In this document: piece after piece, positions 1 to 14,100 of the stretch | Layout: each line of letters opens with the position of its first letter | Position numbering within the stretch: position 1 is the first letter of the stretch | Assembly: GCA_964057225.1 (NCBI GenBank) | Contig: OZ059900.1 | Span: 22,878,001 to 22,942,000 of the forward strand | Origin: Auanema rhodensis | Lineage: Eukaryota; Animalia; Nematoda | DNA: 64,000 nt | Reading direction: 5' to 3' | Program-made: the position numbers and the translations under genes | The notes under the pieces: generated by a model | What the model was told of the DNA's origin: nothing | The model's database searches: none | Seen by the model: only the letters and a program-made list of their open reading frames with translations

Positions 1-301
1 TTTTTGGAAATTTCGCCGTAAACAAGGTTTTGACTTACGAGTTCATGTGTTCAAACTCATGCAATGTCAATGAAACCTAGCTCAAAACTGTTCCTACAAC
101 GTCTAGTTCCACTTTCACGACAAAAAACAGGGGTTAGAAAATTAAGGAAATTAGCATATTCTGAGGGCACGCCCCTTATGGCTAATATTGATTAAATCGA
201 TTTTTGTTCATATGAGTCGTCAAATGCAACGAATTTCAGCGTGTTACATACTAAAATGAAGCATTTTACATGCTGAACACTAGAAAAATACAAAAACACA
301 G

Positions 302-319
302 TATTTCTCATGAGAAATA
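302..319. other. Perfect 18-bp palindrome (representative copy; present in the ctcatgag allele only)
   Basis: tatttctcatgagaaata equals its own reverse complement. Confidence 0.9.
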
Positions 320-351
320 TTTTATTATGCTGAAAAACCAGTTTTTGGAAA

Positions 352-368
352 TTTCGCTGTAAACAAGG
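352..368 (+). other. CENP-B-box-like 17-mer (representative copy; monomer positions 11-27)
   Basis: TTTCGCTGTAAACAAGG against the canonical YTTCGTTGGAARCGGGA gives 12/17 ungapped matches and 7 of the 9 core positions (TTCG, A, CGGG). Binding is not demonstrated. Confidence 0.45.
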
Positions 369-683
369 TTTTGACTTACGATTTCATGTGTTCAAACTCA
401 TGCAATGTCAATGAAACCTAGCTCAAAATTGTTTGTACAACGTCTAGTTCCACTTTCACGACAAAAAAACAGGGGTTAGAAAATTAAGGAAATTAGCATA
501 TTCTGAGGGCACGCCCCTTATGGCTAATATTGATTAAATCGATTTTTGTTCATATGAGTCGTCAAATGCAACGAATTTCAGCGTGTTACATACTAAAATG
601 AAGCATTTTACATGCTGAACACTAAAAAAATACAAAAACACAGTATTTCCCATGAGAAATATTTTATTATGCTGGAAAACCAG

Positions 684-3600
684 TTTTTGGAAATTTCGCT
701 GTAAACAAGGTTTTGACTTACGATTTCATGTGTTCAAACTCATGCAATGTCAATGAAACCTAGCTCAAAATTGTTCGTACAACGTCTAGTTCCACTTTCA
801 CGACAAAAAAACAGGGGTTAGAAAAATTAGGAAGTTAGCATATTCTGAGGGCACGCCCCTTATGGCTAATATTGATTAAATCGATTTTTGTTCATATGAG
901 TCGTCCAATGCAACGAATTTCAGCGTGTTACATACTAAAATGAAGTATTTTACATGCTGAACACTAGAAAAATACAAAAACACAGTATTTCCCATGAGAA
1001 ATATTTTATTATGCTGGAAAACCAGTTTTTGGAAATTTCGCTGTAAACAAGGTTTTGACTTACGATTTCATATGTTCAAACTCATGCAATGTCAATGAAA
1101 CCTAGCTCAAAATTGTTTGTACAACGTCTAGTTCCACTTTCACGACAAAAAAACAAGGGTTAGAAAATTAAGGAAATTAGCATATTCTGAGGGCACGCCC
1201 CTTATGGCTAATATTGATTAAATCGATTTTTGTTCATATGAGTCGTCAAATGCAACGAATTTCAGCGTGTTACATACTTAAATGAAGTATTCTACATGCT
1301 GAACACTAGAAAAATACAAAAACACAGTATTTCCCATGAGAAATATTTTATTATGCTGGAAAACCAGTTTTTGGAAATTTCGCTGTAAACAAGGTTTTGA
1401 CTTACGATTTCATGTGTTCAAACTCATGCAATGTCAATGAAACCTAGCTCAAAATTGTTCCTACAACGTCTAGTTCCACTTTCACGACAAAAAACAGGGG
1501 TTAGAAAATTAAGGAAATTAGCATATTCTGAGGGCACGCCCCTTATGGCTAATATTGATTAAATCGATTTTTGTTCATATGAGTCGTCAAATGCAACGAA
1601 TTTCAGCGTGTTACATACTTAAATGAAGTATTTTACATGCTGAACACTAGAAAAATACAAAAACACAGTATTTCCCATGAGAAATATTTTATTATGCTGG
1701 AAAACCAGTTTTTGGAAATTTCGCTGTAAACAAGGTTTTGGCTTACGATTTCATGTGTTCAAACTCATGCAATGTCAATGAAACCTAGCTCAAAATTGTT
1801 CCTACAACGTCTAGTTCCACTTTCACGACAAAAAAACAGGGGTTAGAAAATTTAGGAAATTAGCATATTCTGAGGGCACGCCCCTTATGGCTAATATTGA
1901 TTAAATCGATTTTTGTTCATATGAGTCGTCAAATGCAACGAATTTCAGCGTGTTACATACTTAAATGAAGTATTTTACATGCTGAACACTAGAAAAATAC
2001 AAAAACACAGTATTTCCCATGAGAAATATTTTATTATGCTGGAAAACCAGTTTTTGGAAATTTCGCCGTAAACAAGGTTTTGACTTACGATTTCATGTGT
2101 TCAAACTCATGCAATGTCAATGAAACCTAGCTCAAAACTGTTCCTACAACGTCTAGTTCCACTTTCACGACAAAAAACAGGGGTTAGAAAATTAAGGAAA
2201 TTAGCATATTCTGAGGGCACGCCCCTTATGGCTAATATTGATTAAATCGATTTTTGTTCATATGAGTCGTCAAATGCAACGAATTTCAGCGTGTTACATA
2301 CTAAAATGAAGCATTTTACATGCTGAACACTAGAAAAATACAAAAACACAGTTTTTCCCATGAGAAATATTTTATTATGCTGGAAAACCAGTTTTTGGAA
2401 ATTTCGCTGTAAACAAGGTTTTGACTTACGATTTCATGTGTTCAAACTCATGCAATGTCAATGAAACCTAGCTCAAAATTGTTCGTACAACGTCTAGTTC
2501 CACTTTCACGACAAAAAAACAGGGGTTAGAAAAATTAGGAAGTTAGCATATTCTGAGGGCACGCCCCTTATGGCTAATATTGATTAAATCGATTTTTGTT
2601 CATATGAGTCGTCCAATGCAACGAATTTCAGCGTGTTACATACTAAAATGAAGTATTTTACATGCTGAACACTAGAAAAATACAAAAACACAGTATTTCC
2701 CATGAGAAATATTTTATTATGCTGGAAAACCAGTTTTTGGAAATTTCGCTGTAAACAAGGTTTTGACTTACGATTTCATATGTTCAAACTCATGCAATGT
2801 CAATGAAACCTAGCTCAAAATTGTTTGTACAACGTCTAGTTCCACTTTCACGACAAAAAAACAAGGGTTAGAAAATTAAGGAAATTAGCATATTCTGAGG
2901 GCACGCCCCTTATGGCTAATATTGATTAAATCGATTTTTGTTCATATGAGTCGTCAAATGCAACGAATTTCAGCGTGTTACATACTTAAATGAAGTATTC
3001 TACATGCTGAACACTAGAAAAATACAAAAACACAGTATTTCCCATGAGAAATATTTTATTATGCTGGAAAACCAGTTTTTGGAAATTTCGCTGTAAACAA
3101 GGTTTTGACTTACGATTTCATGTGTTCAAACTCATGCAATGTCAATGAAACCTAGCTCAAAATTGTTCCTACAACGTCTAGTTCCACTTTCACGACAAAA
3201 AACAGGGGTTAGAAAATTAAGGAAATTAGCATATTCTGAGGGCACGCCCCTTATGGCTAATATTGATTAAATCGATTTTTGTTCATATGAGTCGTCAAAT
3301 GCAACGAATTTCAGCGTGTTACATACTAAAATGAAGCATTTTACATGCTGAACACTAGAAAAATACAAAAACACAGTATTTCTCATGAGAAATATTTTAT
3401 TATGCTGGAAAACCAGTTTTTGGAAATTTCGCTGTAAACAAGGTTTTGGCTTACGATTTCATGTGTTCAAACTCATGCAATGTCAATGAAACCTAGCTCA
3501 AAATTGTTCCTACAACGTCTAGTTCCACTTTCACGACAAAAAAACAGGGGTTAGAAAATTTAGGAAATTAGCATATTCTGAGGGCACGCCCCTTATGGCT

Positions 3601-4099
3601 AATATTGATTAAATCGATTTTTGTTCATATGAGTCGTCAAATGCAACGAATTTCAGCGTGTTACATACTTAAATGAAGTATTTTACATGCTGAACACTAG
3701 AAAAATACAAAAACACAGTATTTCCCATGAGAAATATTTTATTATGCTGGAAAACCAGTTTTTGGAAATTTCGCCGTAAACAAGGTTTTGACTTACGATT
3801 TCATGTGTTCAAACTCATGCAATGTCAATGAAACCTAGCTCAAAACTGTTCCTACAACGTCTAGTTCCACTTTCACGACAAAAAACAGGGGTTAGAAAAT
3901 TAAGGAAATTAGCATATTCTGAGGGCACGCCCCTTATGGCTAATATTGATTAAATCGATTTTTGTTCATATGAGTCGTCAAATGCAACGAATTTCAGCGT
4001 GTTACATACTAAAATGAAGCATTTTACATGCTGAACACTAGAAAAATACAAAAACACAGTTTTTCCCATGAGAAATATTTTATTATGCTGGAAAACCAG
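684..4099. repeat. Two tandem copies of a 5-monomer HOR (1708 bp)
   Basis: Private variants recur at a 1708-bp offset: gtccaatg at 903/2611, ttttggcttac at 1740/3448, and monomers with cgccgta plus aaaactgttcc starting at 2051/3759. The catatgtt and attctacatg variants also pair up. Confidence 0.9.
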
Positions 4100-7000
4100 T
4101 TTTTGGAAATTTCGCTGTAAACAAGGTTTTGACTTACGATTTCATGTGTTCAAACTCATGCAATGTCAATGAAACCTAGCTCAAAATTGTTTGTACAACG
4201 TCTAGTTCCACTTTCACGACAAAAAAACAGGGGTTAGAAAATTAAGGAAATTAGCATATTCTGAGGGCACGCCCCTTATGGCTAATATTGATTAAATCGA
4301 TTTTTGTTCATATGAGTCGTCAAATGCAACGAATTTCAGCGTGTTACATACTAAAATGAAGCATTTTACATGCTGAACACTAGAAAAATACAAAAACACA
4401 GTATTTCTCATGAGAAATATTTTATTATGCTGAAAAACCAGTTTTTGGAAATTTCGCTGTAAACAAGGTTTTGACTTACGATTTCATGTGTTCAAACTCA
4501 TGCAATGTCAATGAAACCTAGCTCAAAATTGTTTGTACAACGTCTAGTTCCACTTTCACGACAAAAAAACAGGGGTTAGAAAATTAAGGAAATTAGCATA
4601 TTCTGAGGGCACGCTCCTTATGGCTAATATTGATTAAATCGATTTTTGTTCATATGAGTCGTCAAATGCAACGAATTTCAGCGTGTTACATACTAAAATG
4701 AAGCATTTTACATGCTGAACACTAGAAAAATACAAAAACACAGTATTTCCCATGAGAAATATTTTATTATGCTGGAAAACCAGTTTTTGGAAATTTCGCT
4801 GTAAACAAGGTTTTGACTTACGATTTCATGTGTTCAAACTCATGCAATGTCAATGAAACCTAGCTCAAAATTGTTTGTACAACGTCTAGTTCCACTTTCA
4901 CGACAAAAAAACAGGGGTTAGAAAATTAAGGAAATTAGCATATTCTGAGGGCACGCCCCTTATGGCTAATATTGATTAAATCGATTTTTGTTCATATGAG
5001 TCGTCAAATGCAACGAATTTCAGCGTGTTACATACTAAAATGAAGCATTTTACATGCTGAACACTAGAAAAATACAAAAACACAGTATTTCTCATGAGAA
5101 ATATTTTATTATGCTGAAAAACCAGTTTTTGGAAATTTCGCTGTAAACAAGGTTTTGACTTACGATTTCATGTGTTCAAACTCATGCAATGTCAATGAAA
5201 CCTAGCTCAAAATTGTTTGTACAACGTCTAGTTCCACTTTCACGACAAAAAAACAGGGGTTAGAAAATTAAGGAAATTAGCATATTCTGAGGGCACGCTC
5301 CTTATGGCTAATATTGATTAAATCGATTTTTGTTCATATGAGTCGTCAAATGCAACGAATTTCAGCGTGTTACATACTAAAATGAAGCATTTTACATGCT
5401 GAACACTAGAAAAATACAAAAACACAGTTTTTCCCATGAGAAATATTTTATTATGCTGGAAAACCAGTTTTTGGAAATTTCGCTGTAAACAAGGTTTTGA
5501 CTTACGATTTCATGTGTTCAAACTCATGCAATGTCAATGAAACCTAGCTCAAAATTGTTTGTACAACGTCTAGTTCCACTTTCACGACAAAAAAACAGGG
5601 GTTAGAAAATTAAGGAAATTAGCATATTCTGAGGGCACGCCCCTTATGGCTAATATTGATTAAATCGATTTTTGTTCATATGAGTCGTCAAATGCAACGA
5701 ATTGCAGCGTGTTACATACTAAAATGAAGCATTTTACATGCTGAACACTAGAAAAATACAAAAACACAGTTTTTCCCATGAGAAATATTTTATTATGCTG
5801 GAAAACCAGTTTTTGGAAATTTCGCTGTAAACAAGGTTTTGACTTACGATTTCATGTGTTCAAACTCATGCAATGTCAATGAAACCTAGCTCAAAATTGT
5901 TTGTACAACGTCTAGTTCCACTTTCACGACAAAAAAACAGGGGTTAGAAAATTAAGGAAATTAGCATATTCTGAGGGCACGCCCCTTATGGCTAATATTG
6001 ATTAAATCGATTTTTGTTCATATGAGTCGTCAAATGCAACGAATTTCAGCGTGTTACATACTAAAATGAAGCATTTTACATGCTGAACACTAGAAAAATA
6101 CAAAAACACAGTTTTTCCCATGAGAAATATTTTATTATGCTGGAAAACCAGTTTTTGGAAATTTCGCTGTAAACAAGGTTTTGACTTACGATTTCATGTG
6201 TTCAAACTCATGCAATGTCAATGAAACCTAGCTCAAAATTGTTTGTACAACGTCTAGTTCCACTTTCACGACAAAAAAACAGGGGTTAGAAAATTAAGGA
6301 AATTAGCATATTCTGAGGGCACGCTCCTTATGGCTAATATTGATTAAATCGATTTTTGTTCATATGAGTCGTCAAATGCCACGAATTTCAGCGTGTTACA
6401 TACTAAAATGAAGCATTTTACATGCTGAACACTAGAAAAATACAAAACCACAGTATTTCTCATGAGAAATATTTTATTATGCTGGAAAACCAGTTTTTGG
6501 AAATTTCGCTGTAAACAAGGTTTTGACTTACGATTTCATGTGTTCAAACTCATGCAATGTCAATGAAACCTAGCTCAAAATTGTTTGTACAACGTCTAGT
6601 TCCTCTTTCACGACAAAAAAACAGGGTGTTAGAAAATTAAGGAAATTAGCATATTCTGAGGGAACGCCCCTTATGGCTAATATTGATTAAATCGATTTTT
6701 GTTCATATGAGTCGTCAAATGCAACGAATTGCAGCGTGTTACATACTAAAATGAAGCATTTTACATGCTGAACACTAGAAAAATACAAAAACACAGTTTT
6801 TCCCATGAGAAATATTTTATTATGCTGGAAAACCAGTTTTTGGAAATTTCGCTGTAAACAAGGTTTTGACTTACGATTTCATGTGTTCAAACTCATGCAA
6901 TGTCAATGAAACCTAGCTCAAAATTGTTTGTACAACGTCTAGTTCCACTTTCACGACAAAAAAACAGGGTTAGAAAATTAAGGAAATTAGCATATTCTGA

Positions 7001-8199
7001 GGGCACGCCCCTTATGGCTAATATTGATTAAATCGATTTTTGTTCATATGAGTCGTCAAATGCAACGAATTTCAGCGTGTTACATACTAAAATGAAGCAT
7101 TTTACATGCTGAACACTAGAAAAATACAAAAACACAGTTTTTCCCATGAGAAATATTTTATTATGCTGGAAAACCAGTTTTTGGAAATTTCGCTGTAAAC
7201 AAGGTTTTGACTTACGATTTCATGTGTTCAAACTCATGCAATGTCAATGAAACCTAGCTCAAAATTGTTTGTACAACGTCTAGTTCCACTTTCACGACAA
7301 AAAAACAGGGGTTAGAAAATTAAGGAAATTAGCATATTCTGAGGGCACGCTCCTTATGGCTAATATTGATTAAATCGATTTTTGTTCATATGAGTCGTCA
7401 AATGCCACGAATTTCAGCGTGTTACATACTAAAATGAAGCATTTTACATGCTGAACACTAGAAAAATACAAAACCACAGTATTTCTCATGAGAAATATTT
7501 TATTATGCTGGAAAACCAGTTTTTGGAAATTTCGCTGTAACAAGGTTTTGACTTACGATTTCATGTGTTCAAACTCATGCAATGTCAATGAAACCTAGCT
7601 CAAAATTGTTTGTACAACGTCTAGTTCCACTTTCACGACAAAAAAACAGGGGTTAGAAAATTAAGGAAATTAGCATATTCTGAGGGCACGCCCCTTATGG
7701 CTAATATTGATTAAATCGATTTTTGTTCATATGAGTCGTCAAATGCAACGAATTTCAGCGTGTTACATACTAAAATGAAGCATTTTACATGCTGAACACT
7801 AGAAAAATACAAAACCACAGTATTTCTCATGAGAAATATTTTATTATGCTGGAAAACCAGTTTTTGGAAATTTCGCTGTAAACAAGGTTTTGACTTACGA
7901 TTTCATGTGTTCAAACTCATGCAATGTCAATGAAACCTAGCTCAAAATTGTTTGTACAACGTCTAGTTCCACTTTCACGACAAAAAAACAGGGGTTAGAA
8001 AATTAAGGAAATTAGCATATTCTGAGGGCACGCCCCTTATGGCTAATATTGATTAAATCGATTTTTGTTCATATGAGTCGTAAAATGCAACGAATTTCAG
8101 CGTGTTACATACTAAAATGAAGCATTTTACATGCTGAACACTAGAAAAATACAAAAACACAGTTTTTCCCATGAGAAATATTTTATTATGCTGGAAAAC

Positions 8200-11100
8200 C
8201 AGTTTTTGGAAATTTCGCTGTAAACAAGGTTTTGACTTACGATTTCATGTGTTCAAACTCATGCAATGTCAATGAAACCTAGCTCAAAATTGTTTGTACA
8301 ACGTCTAGTTCCACTTTCACGACAAAAAAACAGGGGTTAGAAAATTAAGGAAATTAGCATATTCTGAGGGCACGCTCCTTATGGCTAATATTGATTAAAT
8401 CGATTTTTGTTCATATGAGTCGTCAAATGCCACGAATTTCAGCGTGTTACATACTAAAATGAAGCATTTTACATGCTGAACACTAGAAAAATACAAAACC
8501 ACAGTATTTCTCATGAGAAATATTTTATTATGCTGGAAAACCAGTTTTTGGAAATTTCGCTGTAAACAAGGTTTTGACTTACGATTTCATGTGTTCAAAC
8601 TCATGCAATGTCAATGAAACCTATCTCAAAATTGTTTGTACAACGTCTAGTTCCACTTTCACGACAAAAAAACAGGGGTTAGAAAATTAAGGAAATTAGC
8701 ATATTCTGAGGGCACGCCCCTTATGGCTAATATTGATTAAATCGATTTTTGTTCATATGAGTAGTCAAATGCAACGAATTTCAGCGTGTTACATACTAAA
8801 ATGAAGCATTTTACATGCTGAACACTAGAAAAATACAAAAACACAGTTTTTCCCATGAGAAATATTTTATTATGCTGGAAAACCAGTTTTTGGAAATTTC
8901 GCTGCAAACAAGGTTTTGACTTACGATTTCATGTGTTCAAACTCATGCAATGTCAATGAAACCTAGCTCAAAATTGTTTGTACAACGTCTAGTTCCACTT
9001 TCACGACAAAAAAACAAGGGTTAGAAAATTAAGGAAATTAGCATATTCTGAGGGCACGCCCCTTATGGCTAATATTGATTAAATCGATTTTTGTTCATAT
9101 GAGTCGTCAAATGCAACGAATTTCAGCGTGTTACATACTAAAATGAAGCATTTTACATGCTGAACACTAGAAAAATACAAAAACACAGTATTTCTCATGA
9201 GAAATATTTTATTATGCTGGAAAACCAGTTTTTGGAAATTTCGCTGTAAACAAGGTTTTGACTTACGATTTCATGTGTTCAAACTCATGCAATGTCAATG
9301 AAACCTAGCTCAAAATTGTTTGTACAACGTCTAGTTCCACTTTCACGACAAAAAAACAGGGGTTAGAAAATTAAGGAAATTAGCATATTCTGAGGGCACG
9401 CCCCTTATGGCTAATATTGATTAAATCGATTTTTGTTCATATGAGTAGTCAAATGCAACGAATTTCAGCGTGTTACATACTAAAATGAAGCATTTTACAT
9501 GCTGAACACTAGAAAAATACAAAAACACAGTTTTTTCCATGAGAAATATTTTATTATGCTGGAAAACCAGTTTTTGGAAATTTCGCTGTAAACAAGGTTT
9601 TGACTTACGATTTCATGTGTTCAAACTCATGCAATGTCAATGAAACCTAGCTCAAAATTGTTTGTACAACGTCTAGTTCCACTTTCACGACAAAAAAACA
9701 GGGGTTAGAAAATTAAGGAAATTAGCATATTCTGAGGGCACGCTCCTTATGGCTAATATTGATTAAATCGATTTTTGTTCATATGAGTCGTCAAATGCCA
9801 CGAATTTCAGCGTGTTACATACTAAAATGAAGCATTTTACATGCTGAACACTAGAAAAATACAAAACCACAGTATTTCTCATGAGAAATATTTTATTATG
9901 CTGGAAAACCAGTTTTTGGAAATTTCGCTGTAAACAAGGTTTTGACTTACGATTTCATGTGTTCAAACTCATGCAATGTCAATGAAACCTAGCTCAAAAT
10001 TGTTTGTACAACGTCTAGTTCCTCTTTCACGACAAAAAAACAGGGTGTTAGAAAATTAAGGAAATTAGCATATTCTGAGGGAACGCCCCTTATGGCTAAT
10101 ATTGATTAAATCGATTTTTGTTCATATGAGTCGTCAAATGCAACGAATTTCAGCGTGTTACATACTAAAATGAAGCATTTTACATGCTGAACACTAGAAA
10201 AATACAAAAACACAGTATTTCTCATGAGAAATATTTTATTATGCTGGAAAACCAGTTTTTGGAAATTTCGCTGTAACAAGGTTTTGACTTACGATTTCAT
10301 GTGTTCAAACTCATGCAATGTCAATGAAACCTAGCTCAAAATTGTTTGTACAACGTCTAGTTCCACTTTCACGACAAAAAAACAGGGGTTAGAAAATTAA
10401 GGAAATTAGCATATTCTGAGGGCACGCCCCTTATGGCTAATATTGATTAAATCGATTTTTGTTCATATGAGTAGTCAAATGCAACGAATTTCAGCGTGTT
10501 ACATACTAAAATGAAGCATTTTACATGCTGAACACTAGAAAAATACAAAAACACAGTTTTTCCCATGAGAAATATTTTATTATGCTGGAAAACCAGTTTT
10601 TGGAAATTTCGCTGCAAACAAGGTTTTGACTTACGATTTCATGTGTTCAAACTCATGCAATGTCAATGAAACCTAGCTCAAAATTGTTTGTACAACGTCT
10701 AGTTCCACTTTCACGACAAAAAAACAAGGGTTAGAAAATTAAGGAAATTAGCATATTCTGAGGGCACGCCCCTTATGGCTAATATTGATTAAATCGATTT
10801 TTGTTCATATGAGTCGTCAAATGCAACGAATTTCAGCGTGTTACATACTAAAATGAAGCATTTTACATGCTGAACACTAGAAAAATACAAAAACACAGTA
10901 TTTCTCATGAGAAATATTTTATTATGCTGGAAAACCAGTTTTTGGAAATTTCGCTGTAAACAAGGTTTTGACTTACGATTTCATGTGTTCAAACTCATGC
11001 AATGTCAATGAAACCTAGCTCAAAATTGTTTGTACAACGTCTAGTTCCTCTTTCACGACAAAAAAACAGGGTGTTAGAAAATTAAGGAAATTAGCATATT

Positions 11101-14100
11101 CTGAGGGAACGCCCCTTATGGCTAATATTGATTAAATCGATTTTTGTTCATATGAGTCGTCAAATGCAACGAATTTCAGCGTGTTACATACTAAAATGAA
11201 GCATTTTACATGCTGAACACTAGAAAAATACAAAAACACAGTATTTCTCATGAGAAATATTTTATTATGCTGGAAAACCAGTTTTTGGAAATTTCGCTGT
11301 AACAAGGTTTTGACTTACGATTTCATGTGTTCAAACTCATGCAATGTCAATGAAACCTAGCTCAAAATTGTTTGTACAACGTCTAGTTCCACTTTCACGA
11401 CAAAAAAACAGGGGTTAGAAAATTAAGGAAATTAGCATATTCTGAGGGCACGCCCCTTATGGCTAATATTGATTAAATCGATTTTTGTTCATATGAGTAG
11501 TCAAATGCAACGAATTTCAGCGTGTTACATACTAAAATGAAGCATTTTACATGCTGAACACTAGAAAAATACAAAAACACAGTTTTTCCCATGAGAAATA
11601 TTTTATTATGCTGGAAAACCAGTTTTTGGAAATTTCGCTGCAAACAAGGTTTTGACTTACGATTTCATGTGTTCAAACTCATGCAATGTCAATGAAACCT
11701 AGCTCAAAATTGTTTGTACAACGTCTAGTTCCACTTTCACGACAAAAAAACAAGGGTTAGAAAATTAAGGAAATTAGCATATTCTGAGGGCACGCCCCTT
11801 ATGGCTAATATTGATTAAATCGATTTTTGTTCATATGAGTCGTCAAATGCAACGAATTTCAGCGTGTTACATACTAAAATGAAGCATTTTACATGCTGAA
11901 CACTAGAAAAATACAAAAACACAGTATTTCTCATGAGAAATATTTTATTATGCTGGAAAACCAGTTTTTGGAAATTTCGCTGTAAACAAGGTTTTGACTT
12001 ACGATTTCATGTGTTCAAACTCATGCAATGTCAATGAAACCTAGCTCAAAATTGTTTGTACAACGTCTAGTTCCACTTTCACGACAAAAAAACAGGGGTT
12101 AGAAAATTAAGGAAATTAGCATATTCTGAGGGCACGCCCCTTATGGCTAATATTGATTAAATCGATTTTTGTTCATATGAGTCGTCAAATGCAACGAATT
12201 TCAGCGTGTTACATACTAAAATGAAGCATTTTACATGCTGAACACTAGAAAAATACAAAAACACAGTTTTTCCCATGAGAAATATTTTATTATGCTGGAA
12301 AACCAGTTTTTGGAAATTTCGCTGTAAACAAGGTTTTGACTTACGATTTCATGTGTTCAAACTCATGCAATGTCAATGAAACCTAGCTCAAAATTGTTTG
12401 TACAACGTCTAGTTCCACTTTCACGACAAAAAAACAGGGGTTAGAAAATTAAGGAAATTAGCATATTCTGAGGGCACGCTCCTTATGGCTAATATTGATT
12501 AAATCGATTTTTGTTCATATGAGTCGTCAAATGCCACGAATTTCAGCGTGTTACATACTAAAATGAAGCATTTTACATGCTGAACACTAGAAAAATACAA
12601 AACCACAGTATTTCTCATGAGAAATATTTTATTATGCTGGAAAACCAGTTTTTGGAAATTTCGCTGTAAACAAGGTTTTGACTTACGATTTCATGTGTTC
12701 AAACTCATGCAATGTCAATGAAACCTATCTCAAAATTGTTTGTACAACGTCTAGTTCCACTTTCACGACAAAAAAACAGGGGTTAGAAAATTAAGGAAAT
12801 TAGCATATTCTGAGGGCACGCCCCTTATGGCTAATATTGATTAAATCGATTTTTGTTCATATGAGTAGTCAAATGCAACGAATTTCAGCGTGTTACATAC
12901 TAAAATGAAGCATTTTACATGCTGAACACTAGAAAAATACAAAAACACAGTTTTTCCCATGAGAAATATTTTATTATGCTGGAAAACCAGTTTTTGGAAA
13001 TTTCGCTGCAAACAAGGTTTTGACTTACGATTTCATGTGTTCAAACTCATGCAATGTCAATGAAACCTAGCTCAAAATTGTTTGTACAACGTCTAGTTCC
13101 ACTTTCACGACAAAAAAACAAGGGTTAGAAAATTAAGGAAATTAGCATATTCTGAGGGCACGCCCCTTATGGCTAATATTGATTAAATCGATTTTTGTTC
13201 ATATGAGTCGTCAAATGCAACGAATTTCAGCGTGTTACATACTAAAATGAAGCATTTTACATGCTGAACACTAGAAAAATACAAAAACACAGTATTTCTC
13301 ATGAGAAATATTTTATTATGCTGGAAAACCAGTTTTTGGAAATTTCGCTGTAAACAAGGTTTTGACTTACGATTTCATGTGTTCAAACTCATGCAATGTC
13401 AATGAAACCTAGCTCAAAATTGTTTGTACAACGTCTAGTTCCACTTTCACGACAAAAAAACAGGGGTTAGAAAATTAAGGAAATTAGCATATTCTGAGGG
13501 CACGCCCCTTATGGCTAATATTGATTAAATCGATTTTTGTTCATATGAGTAGTCAAATGCAACGAATTTCAGCGTGTTACATACTAAAATGAAGCATTTT
13601 ACATGCTGAACACTAGAAAAATACAAAAACACAGTTTTTTCCATGAGAAATATTTTATTATGCTGGAAAACCAGTTTTTGGAAATTTCGCTGTAAACAAG
13701 GTTTTGACTTACGATTTCATGTGTTCAAACTCATGCAATGTCAATGAAACCTAGCTCAAAATTGTTTGTACAACGTCTAGTTCCACTTTCACGACAAAAA
13801 AACAGGGGTTAGAAAATTAAGGAAATTAGCATATTCTGAGGGCACGCTCCTTATGGCTAATATTGATTAAATCGATTTTTGTTCATATGAGTCGTCAAAT
13901 GCCACGAATTTCAGCGTGTTACATACTAAAATGAAGCATTTTACATGCTGAACACTAGAAAAATACAAAACCACAGTATTTCTCATGAGAAATATTTTAT
14001 TATGCTGGAAAACCAGTTTTTGGAAATTTCGCTGTAAACAAGGTTTTGACTTACGATTTCATGTGTTCAAACTCATGCAATGTCAATGAAACCTAGCTCA

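Noticed and set aside
1-341. Tandem 5S rRNA, tRNA, snRNA or spliced-leader gene repeat
   Set aside because: No recognisable 5S, tRNA cloverleaf, A/B box or leader sequence in the monomer. An Rfam cmscan would be the decisive test.
1-341. MITE or transposon-derived unit
   Set aside because: No terminal inverted repeats or target-site duplications delimit the monomer; the dyads are short and internal.
471-480. Telomere-like motif GGGTTAG
   Set aside because: It is a single 7-mer per monomer, never tandem, and expected by chance.
342-683. Phased A-tracts producing intrinsic curvature
   Set aside because: A/T tracts of 4 bp or more are frequent, but by eye their spacing is not a consistent 10-11-bp period; a curvature calculation would be needed.
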